From positions 17,306-81,305 of the forward strand of contig JAISTR010000021.1 in assembly GCA_031272515.1 (NCBI GenBank): a DNA stretch of 64,000 nt, written 5' to 3'. The number at the start of each line of letters is the position of its first letter. Within the stretch, counting starts at the first letter, position 1. The DNA comes from Erysipelotrichaceae bacterium (GTDB lineage Bacteria > Bacillota_I > Bacilli_A > Erysipelotrichales > Erysipelotrichaceae). Below, piece by piece: positions 57,462-64,000 of the stretch. Made by a program: the position numbers and the translations under genes. The notes beneath the pieces were generated by a model. The model was not told the DNA's origin, ran no database searches, and worked only from the letters and a program-made list of their open reading frames with translations.

Positions 57462-58358
57462 GTGAATCGAAAACGACTGGGACTGGTGGCGGTAATGCTG
57501 ATCATTTCGCTGGCAGCTCTGGTGTATCTGAATATCCATTACGATGTCCTGGCCCGCTATCCCTATCAGGAAATTACTGCAGAGCAGAAGGAATTGATTG
57601 TATCTAGATTGGACCAGCAGGGCATCGACTACATCATCGACCACGCCATTGAGCCTGGTCTGTTTTTACCTTTTATCTCCTATCCGTCCTTTTCCATCTA
57701 CAACCTTGAATTCTACAACCCCATCCATGAGATCTTTCCCATCGATGATGTCGATTTGTTGTTAAGGGTCTGTAATCAGGCCAAAAACAAGGAGTGGACT
57801 GTGGATGAGCTGATTCTGTACCTGGAGGATTACCACTTTGATGAGCTGGAGTTCTACTTCTTATACCATGGGGATTTGCCGTTAATTCAAAAACCCACAG
57901 CCTTTGGCTTGACCCTGACCAGTGCCACCATTGCCAACTACAGCCCCAAGGATTTGACAGAGCTGAAATACCCGGACGATGAAGGCAGCTATCTGTCATT
58001 AAGGCAGCCGGTTGCGGCTGCCCTCGATGAGCTCTGTGCGGCTTTGGATGAAGAATTTAAGAGCAGCGGCTGCGGTCAGCTGGTCATCATTCAGGCTTAT
58101 ACCTCCTACCAGCAACTGTTGGTATCCGACAGCCGCAGCACCTACTTTCAAGCCGGGCAGTCGCCCTTCCAATTGGGTGATACCCTGTCCTTCACCTTCA
58201 AAAGCAAGAAAGAGGAAAAAACGGAATGGATGTTAAATAAGGGCAACGACTATGGCTTTATTGGCCTTTATGACCCAGAGGGAAACCTGGTGGGTCTGCG
58301 CTATACCGGCGTGGACAGCAGCGGTGCCACCCGGCCAAAGCGGGGACAGCTTTCATGA
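57462..58358 (+). CDS. hypothetical membrane-anchored protein
   Basis: Single N-terminal TM helix. 4-nt overlap with murI. Confidence 0.5.
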   Translation: MNRKRLGLVAVMLIISLAALVYLNIHYDVLARYPYQEITAEQKELIVSRLDQQGIDYIIDHAIEPGLFLPFISYPSFSIYNLEFYNPIHEIFPIDDVDLLLRVCNQAKNKEWTVDELILYLEDYHFDELEFYFLYHGDLPLIQKPTAFGLTLTSATIANYSPKDLTELKYPDDEGSYLSLRQPVAAALDELCAALDEEFKSSGCGQLVIIQAYTSYQQLLVSDSRSTYFQAGQSPFQLGDTLSFTFKSKKEEKTEWMLNKGNDYGFIGLYDPEGNLVGLRYTGVDSSGATRPKRGQLS

Positions 58359-59095
58359 AACCGCTGGGCATCTTTGATTCCGGTTTGGGCGGAATGACCT
58401 TCGTCAGCCGGCTTATGGAAGAAGGGTATGGCAATTTCGTTTTTCTGGCGGACCAGAAAAACGTCCCTTATGGCTTGAAAAGCGAGGGTGAGCTCATTGA
58501 GCTGATGAGCCGCAACCTGTCCTGGTTTGAAAGCCAGGGAGTCGGGCAGGTTTTTCTGGCCTGCAATACCACCTCTGCTTTGATTGAAAAGTGGCGAAAG
58601 ATGTTTGTCAATCTGAAAATCGATGGGGTGATTCACAGCACCCTTTCACAATTGGAGCGCCACCGTCCACAGGAAATCATCATCTACGCAACGGTTGCCA
58701 CCATCCGCAGCGGGGTGTATGAGCGCTTGTTGAAAGAAGCGCATCCCAACATGAAAATACACAATGTGCCCAGCGTTTCGCTGGCTTCCGATATTGAAGC
58801 ATTAAGCGGCAGAAAAGTGATCGGGGAAACCCTGAGACGGGATCTGGGTGAATTTGCGAATAGCGGCATTGGCGTGCTGTTAGCCTGTACCCACTATCCC
58901 TTAGTCAAGGACCAGGTAGTCGAGCTGGTTGGGGGCAAGACCTATGACTCGCTCTTTGACCTTTCCTTTCTGCGTAAATACTGCGAACCGGGCAAGCCTT
59001 ACAGCTTAAATACCACTGCCGACCCGAAACACTTACAAGAAGTCAATCAACGGCTGTTTGGCTTTAATCAGCCGGTCAACAAGGTGAACCTATGA
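58355..59095 (+). CDS. murI: glutamate racemase
   Basis: IFDSGLGG, VPYG, LACNTTS (two catalytic Cys regions) of Asp/Glu racemases. Confidence 0.75.
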   Translation: MKPLGIFDSGLGGMTFVSRLMEEGYGNFVFLADQKNVPYGLKSEGELIELMSRNLSWFESQGVGQVFLACNTTSALIEKWRKMFVNLKIDGVIHSTLSQLERHRPQEIIIYATVATIRSGVYERLLKEAHPNMKIHNVPSVSLASDIEALSGRKVIGETLRRDLGEFANSGIGVLLACTHYPLVKDQVVELVGGKTYDSLFDLSFLRKYCEPGKPYSLNTTADPKHLQEVNQRLFGFNQPVNKVNL

Positions 59096-59595
59096 AGATC
59101 ATTGTTGTCTCCGACAATCACGGCCGTTCCAAACCGCTGTCCACAATCATCTCTGCCCATCCCGACGCCGATGCCTACATCCATTGCGGGGATTCAGAGA
59201 TGTCTTTGTCGGAACTGACACCTTTTGTTACGGTACAGGGCAATAACGACTACTATAACGAAGCACCCAAGATTGCGAAAATCAATTTGGGTGAGATCGT
59301 AATCCTGGTGACCCACGGCCACCGCCTGCCTTATGGCAACCGCAAGGAAGCCTTGGTGGACCTGGGAATCGCCGAAGGCTGCAACCTGGTCTGCTGGGGA
59401 CACACCCATGTATTCGATGTTTACAAAAGTCGGGGTATTACCGTAGTCAATCCCGGGTCCCTCTACTATAACCGGGATGGTACCAGCCCCAGTTATGCGG
59501 TAATCCACTATGAAGATGGAGCCCTCAATGTGGAGCGGATCGATATGAAATTACCGGTAAAAACCACAAAAACTTTCAGATTCTTTTCAAAATAG
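59092..59595 (+). CDS. YfcE-family metallophosphoesterase
   Basis: IIVVSDNHG, GDSE, GHTH motifs. Confidence 0.8.
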   Translation: MKIIVVSDNHGRSKPLSTIISAHPDADAYIHCGDSEMSLSELTPFVTVQGNNDYYNEAPKIAKINLGEIVILVTHGHRLPYGNRKEALVDLGIAEGCNLVCWGHTHVFDVYKSRGITVVNPGSLYYNRDGTSPSYAVIHYEDGALNVERIDMKLPVKTTKTFRFFSK

Positions 59596-59668
59596 CACCT
59601 TTCCTTTTCGTTGACTCACTTTCTGTAAGCCCTTATAATTAACTTAACAACGAAAGGAGTTTTAGGGT

Positions 59669-60283
59669 ATGGGCAAATTTTTGGTTAAGAAAGTCAGAAC
59701 TGGAATTCGATTTGATCTGGTTGCAAACAACCATGAAGTCATCGGCGTCAGTGAGGTTTATGAATCCAATGCAGCGCTGAAGAATGGCATTGAGAGCATT
59801 CGCAAGAACGCGCTGGAAGCGCAGGAGAAGATTGAAGATCAAACCCTGGGTGATGATTTCGAATCCTTCACGAATCCGAAATTCGAGATTTTTGTAGACA
59901 AGGGCGGCGAATTCCGTTTCAATCTGAAAGCCCGTAACGGAGAAATCATTCTGGCGGGTTCAGAAGGCTACACAACCAAAGCTGCTTGCAAGAAGGGCAT
60001 TGCCAGTGTGATTCACAATGCTCCGGATGCGGAAGTAGAAGAAGTTTCAGAAGACGAAAAAAAAACTAAATCACTAAAGAAAAAGACCGTAAAAGTAACC
60101 GGTATGGCCTGTGATCACTGCAAGGCAGCCGTCCATGGTGCAGTCAGCGGACTGGAACATATTTACAATGTTGACGTGGATTTATTGTCCGGCATCGTAA
60201 CATTTGAACATCCCGAAGAACTGGATTTGTTGGCGAAAGTTGTCGAGGCGATCATCGACGCCGGCTACGAAGTAGCAGAGTAA
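59669..60283 (+). CDS. fusion protein: two YegP/DUF1508 repeats + C-terminal heavy-metal-associated (HMA, MxCxxC) domain
   Basis: Repeats GKFLVKKVRTGIRFDLVANNHEVIGVSEVYESNAALKNGIESIRKNA and GEFRFNLKARNGEIILAGSEGYTTKAACKKGIASV. C-terminal VKVTGMACDHCKAAVHGAV HMA motif. AAAGGAG RBS. Confidence 0.65.
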   Translation: MGKFLVKKVRTGIRFDLVANNHEVIGVSEVYESNAALKNGIESIRKNALEAQEKIEDQTLGDDFESFTNPKFEIFVDKGGEFRFNLKARNGEIILAGSEGYTTKAACKKGIASVIHNAPDAEVEEVSEDEKKTKSLKKKTVKVTGMACDHCKAAVHGAVSGLEHIYNVDVDLLSGIVTFEHPEELDLLAKVVEAIIDAGYEVAE

Positions 60284-60398
60284 AGAATCAAAAAGAGGCA
60301 AAGGGTGAACCCAGAGCCTCTTTTTTTAATGCCGCAATCATCAAAAAGGATTGAAAAACACAGTCGATTTTGATACGATAAAACAGCACTTGAGCGAT

Positions 60399-60475
60399 GC
60401 CCACGTAGCTCAGTTGGATAGAGCATGCGCCTTCTAAGCGTACGGTCGAAGGTTCGAATCCCTCCGTGGGTGCCA
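60399..60475 (+). tRNA. tRNA-Arg (TCT)
   Basis: Cloverleaf with anticodon loop CUUCUAA. Perfect D-stem GCTC/GAGC. T-loop TTCGAAT. CCA encoded. Two anomalies: G1-U72 wobble and one A-C mismatch in the T-stem. Confidence 0.75.
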
Positions 60476-60872
60476 GAACATCTACCATCTATTGATAAAA
60501 GAAGTTTTATCGGCAGACGGTTCACATAGCCCGGAAGTACTTGAAACAAGCCGCTTTCGGGCTTTTTTTACCTGTATGAATAGTGGTCAGCAGCAATGAA
60601 AGAGAGAACGCAGAGCATCAATGGGTCAATGAAGCCTTGGACTGTAATTCGTGTTTCTATGCATAGAAATTTCATTGGAGTTTGACAAGCATAGAGGAAC
60701 TTGATAAGGTAGCTTTGAAGATAATCTCTATACCAATGAAAGATCTGGGGTAAAGAATTCTAGACGCGGTACTCAAAAGCGTTTAGCAAAGATACATCAT
60801 TGCGCTTCGCATTTGAATGCGTCAGTGAATCGTGCAGTTGGAAGTCAAATTATACAAAAGGGAGGTATCCAT

Positions 60873-62318
60873 ATGAGGGAACTGAAAGGTTTCAAAATGT
60901 TTGCATTGGTTTTGGGTCATATTGGGGTTCTGGGCTTGCTTGCGACATTGTCGAACTACCTGCTGATCTTCTTTGCCCCGACACCGGACACAGGCTTGCC
61001 GCTGCTTTTGCCTATTGGCGTTATCGGCATTATCCAAGGTGTGAGTTTTGCGTTCGATGGCTTAATAGACACCTGGATTGCGTCAATCAGCGACAATAAC
61101 AAAAATCCGAAAGGGCGCAGGATACCGCTGATGCGCCTTGCCATGCTGCCGGCGGCAGCCTTTTGCGCACTCATCTTTTTTGTCCCGCTGCGCCAGCAGA
61201 GTGCCATCAATGCCGTCTGGGTCGCGGTTATGCTGCTGCTCTATTGCCTGAGCCGCTCGTTCTACGATGTGAATGTACAGGCTATCATACCGGAGATTAT
61301 CCAAAATCCCAACCGACGGATGAAATACTATTCGCTGCTTGCCGTTGTGCGGACCTTGTTTACGCTTCTTATCAGTTCGGTTCCGGCTATGGTGCATTCG
61401 CTGCGCGACGGCGGTATGGACGCGCTGTATGCGTGGCGTGTGGCAATCAGCCTTTTCCCGTTTGTGGGTTTAATCCTGATGGCGATTCCGACATTCGTCA
61501 TCAAGGAAAATGAGTACATTAATCCTGAAAACTACACGCACACCGAAAAAGTCAGCATGATCCAGAGCATAACATCAGCGCTGAAAATACGGGATTTCTC
61601 GATATACATCGTCGGTGTCCTATTCTACACAATCGCTTCAGGGATGTACAACGCGTCCCTGCTGTATGTGATTGAATTGGTTCTCGGCCTCAAGCAGTCG
61701 ATGATGCTGGCGGTCATCATCGTCCTTACCTTTGTGTCTTTCGGGCTCTATCCGCTGATTGTATGGCTGTCGAAACGGTTTCTGAAAAAGAATCTGACAC
61801 TGGTGGCCATCTCACTGTGCGCCCTTGCGGTTTTGATCACTCTGTTCTCCGCGCCAATCAGCAACTTTCTGGGCAGCACGCCAATCGGCGAAAACTCTTT
61901 CTGGACGAAAATTGCCGGGCCCGAAGCGACCATTGGCAGTATTATCACACTCTTTATCATTGGCTTTGTCTTCGCGTATCCGATGGCAAACAGCAATATC
62001 GTAGCGGCGTCCCTGTTCGCGGATTTTGCCCAGTATGACAGCATCCAAACCGGGCGCAGCCGTTCCGGGATGTTCATGGCGGTGCAGAGCATCGCAAACA
62101 TGATTCCCGGGTCGCTGGTCCCGGCGCTTGTCAGCCTGCTGATCTATATCGGCAGCCATGACCAGATGCCGACCGTCCAGGGAATCAGGGCAGTGCTGAT
62201 CGTCTCGCTTGTCGCATGTATCCCGTCTTTCCTGTTTTACGCATCTTTCAATGAAAAAGAGATGAGGCGTGTCAATGTGGCTGCGCATCAAAAGGAAATG
62301 GTTCAGGGGAGGGATTGA
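60873..62318 (+). CDS. MFS transporter (GPH/MelB-like glycoside:cation symporter family)
   Basis: 12-TM protein with GPH-type N-terminal helix pattern. ATG 60873 after AGGGAGG RBS. Confidence 0.65.
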   Translation: MRELKGFKMFALVLGHIGVLGLLATLSNYLLIFFAPTPDTGLPLLLPIGVIGIIQGVSFAFDGLIDTWIASISDNNKNPKGRRIPLMRLAMLPAAAFCALIFFVPLRQQSAINAVWVAVMLLLYCLSRSFYDVNVQAIIPEIIQNPNRRMKYYSLLAVVRTLFTLLISSVPAMVHSLRDGGMDALYAWRVAISLFPFVGLILMAIPTFVIKENEYINPENYTHTEKVSMIQSITSALKIRDFSIYIVGVLFYTIASGMYNASLLYVIELVLGLKQSMMLAVIIVLTFVSFGLYPLIVWLSKRFLKKNLTLVAISLCALAVLITLFSAPISNFLGSTPIGENSFWTKIAGPEATIGSIITLFIIGFVFAYPMANSNIVAASLFADFAQYDSIQTGRSRSGMFMAVQSIANMIPGSLVPALVSLLIYIGSHDQMPTVQGIRAVLIVSLVACIPSFLFYASFNEKEMRRVNVAAHQKEMVQGRD

Positions 62319-63274
62319 AGATGATTTGGCTTACGGTAATCTTCTGGGTCATTGCGGCTGCTGTTTTGCTCTATCTGGCTTTGAGTATCTTCCTTGGCTT
62401 TTTGTACCCGTCGCTTTTATTGCACCCGAAAGAAGGAAAGAGCAAGCTTACCTACGAGCAAGTTCGAAATCAACAGAGCGCCGCGGGAGCAGTTGATTAC
62501 AACGCTTACGACAAGCTGCCCAAGGAAGCTTTTACGCTTGCCTGCGATGGCGCAGAGCTTGCCTGCGAATATATCCCCGCGACTCTCACACTCAGCCAAG
62601 GCAGTCGAAAAAAATGCATTATCCGCATCCATGGCTTTTCCCAAAACAAACTCATGTCTGTCAGGTTCATCAAAGCCTTTATGGATATCGGCTATGCTGC
62701 CGTCATCTATGACCAAAGGTGCTTTGGCAAAAGCACCGGGGATGCCTGCACCATGGGGCTTAGGGAAAGCCATGACCTGAGGGCGGTTATAGACTTTGTG
62801 AAGAAACGCTTGGGCGATGACACAATCATCGGGGTTCATGGCGAATCCATGGGTTCCATGACCGCATTGCTCGCCCTTGGGATTGATGCGCGCATTGATT
62901 TTGTTGTGAGCGATTGCGGGCTGTCCGACTTTTACCAAGGTACGGGCTACATGATACGCAATATGACCCATATAAGCTCTTTTCCGGCTTTGCAGCTGAC
63001 TTACCTGCAAATGAAACGGCACAACGTTGATATCAAGGAGATACGGCCGATCGACCAGGTGGCAAAGACAGACAAGCCCATCCTGTTCTTGCATGGAACA
63101 GCAGACCGAACCGTTTCCTATAGCATGAGTGTAGAGATGTTTAATGTGTGCAAAAACCCCAAGTCGAGGCTGGAGCTGTTTGCAGGCAGCGACCATGGCA
63201 GATGCCACTCAGACGACCCCGTCAGGTATGAGAAAATCGTGCAGGAGTTCGTCCGTGCGGTCGAGAATTCCTAG
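62315..63274 (+). CDS. alpha/beta hydrolase (S9/dienelactone-hydrolase-like) with N-terminal membrane anchor
   Basis: GESMGS nucleophile elbow and LHGTADRTV motif. 4-nt overlap with the transporter gene. Confidence 0.7.
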   Translation: MKMIWLTVIFWVIAAAVLLYLALSIFLGFLYPSLLLHPKEGKSKLTYEQVRNQQSAAGAVDYNAYDKLPKEAFTLACDGAELACEYIPATLTLSQGSRKKCIIRIHGFSQNKLMSVRFIKAFMDIGYAAVIYDQRCFGKSTGDACTMGLRESHDLRAVIDFVKKRLGDDTIIGVHGESMGSMTALLALGIDARIDFVVSDCGLSDFYQGTGYMIRNMTHISSFPALQLTYLQMKRHNVDIKEIRPIDQVAKTDKPILFLHGTADRTVSYSMSVEMFNVCKNPKSRLELFAGSDHGRCHSDDPVRYEKIVQEFVRAVENS

Positions 63275-63444
63275 TAAAGACACCAAATAAAGGATTGAAG
63301 CCTGCTTCTACTTTTTGCTTTAATAGCTGTTTTTCTTTGTTTTTTCACAAAAAAATCAGGTTTATGGTGCCGTTAATTGATTGCCTCTGGGGTCAGAAAT
63401 GATAAGATGTAGGCAGAAGGAGAAAGAGTCATCCGGAGAAGAGG

Positions 63445-63885
63445 ATGCGGATGACCAAGAAAAACATGGCCAAAAAATTCAACGTTGGCGACAGTGTAGT
63501 CGTGACCGGCTACGGAACCGCTGACAGCTATGGCGGCGGTGCCAAGACGAAAGCGTATGAGAATCATACGATGAAGGTCATCATCGTCAAGGACGATGAC
63601 CGTCCCCGTCCCTATGCCCTCAACCGCAACAACGAAGATAGCGGGGTCACCGGCTGGTTTCGGGAAGAAGACCTGAGTGCGGTTGCGACTGCCACAACCG
63701 CAGCATCTGGCGGCACTGCAGCAGCATCGACCGTGAGACTGCTGAGTGCGGAAGAGCGCGAAGCCCGGCGGGCGGAACTGGCAAAGGCTGCTGAGGAAGC
63801 CAAGGAAAAGGAAACTGAGGAAAAGGTCGAATCAGCTGCCAAAACGGTAACTGATGCGATTAGCAAACTGTTAGGAAAATCTTGA
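63445..63885 (+). CDS. hypothetical protein with Ala-rich, charged C-terminal tail
   Basis: GGAGAAGAGG RBS. No recognisable motif. Confidence 0.45.
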   Translation: MRMTKKNMAKKFNVGDSVVVTGYGTADSYGGGAKTKAYENHTMKVIIVKDDDRPRPYALNRNNEDSGVTGWFREEDLSAVATATTAASGGTAAASTVRLLSAEEREARRAELAKAAEEAKEKETEEKVESAAKTVTDAISKLLGKS

Positions 63886-64000
63886 CGTCCTCCCCACGGC
63901 TTAAGCCTGGGGATTCCTACCGCCGCTAATGCGGCCTCGGTGGGTTCCTGCTTCATCTGGCAGTCCTATGACCTCGCCATCCGACAGGCAATTTAGCGTT

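Noticed and set aside
60265-60549. Minus-strand ORFs 60265..60549 and 60288..60488
   Set aside because: They lie antisense to, and overlap, the tRNA-Arg gene, so they are spurious.

Overview
This 64 kb window is mostly core chromosome from a low-GC Gram-positive anaerobe, probably a Clostridia- or Erysipelotrichia-like Firmicute. Three things point that way. The gene order rnhC / cvpA-mutS2-uvrC ... murI-yfcE matches Bacillus-type synteny. There is a desulfoferrodoxin gene. A surface protein ends in an SPVTG (S/P)PXTG-type sorting motif. Genes are dense and mostly on the + strand.

Housekeeping content I could read from the sequence: the asnS 3' end, metK behind a probable S-box riboswitch with a strong leader terminator, glpK, cca, lspA-rluD, a rhomboid protease, comEB, rnhC, cvpA-mutS2-uvrC, murI, tRNA-His and tRNA-Arg.

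The most coherent accessory block, and my best candidate for an undescribed functional unit, is a nucleoside/nucleobase salvage neighbourhood at 8.2-19.1 kb. It holds two tandem IU-type nucleoside hydrolases, an S9 peptidase, a guanine-riboswitch-controlled NCS2 purine permease, an HhH/Lys-rich protein, a second NCS2 (uracil/xanthine-type) permease with a weak PyrR-box-like leader hairpin, a MATE transporter, and an unusual 362-aa protein made of two tandem nucleoside 2-deoxyribosyltransferase-like domains.

A second candidate unit is a surface/export cluster at 27.5-34.7 kb: an 829-aa beta-helix/Listeria-Bacteroides-repeat wall protein, a HEAT/zinc-ribbon protein, an Ig-like lipoprotein, an ABC ATPase and a 530-aa orphan permease.

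Other items worth a look: a six-gene operon of small DUF proteins that includes a stand-alone SpoT-type (p)ppGpp hydrolase; a YegP-YegP-HMA fusion; a HEAT-VOC fusion; tandem disulfide lipoprotein paralogs; an AAA/DUF4143 gene remnant with a nearby inverted repeat; a very acidic small protein; and an unassigned GC-rich structured sequence at the window's 3' edge.

I found no CRISPR array, no prophage, and no intact IS element. All calls rest on motif reading of the ORF track by eye. No database search was run.
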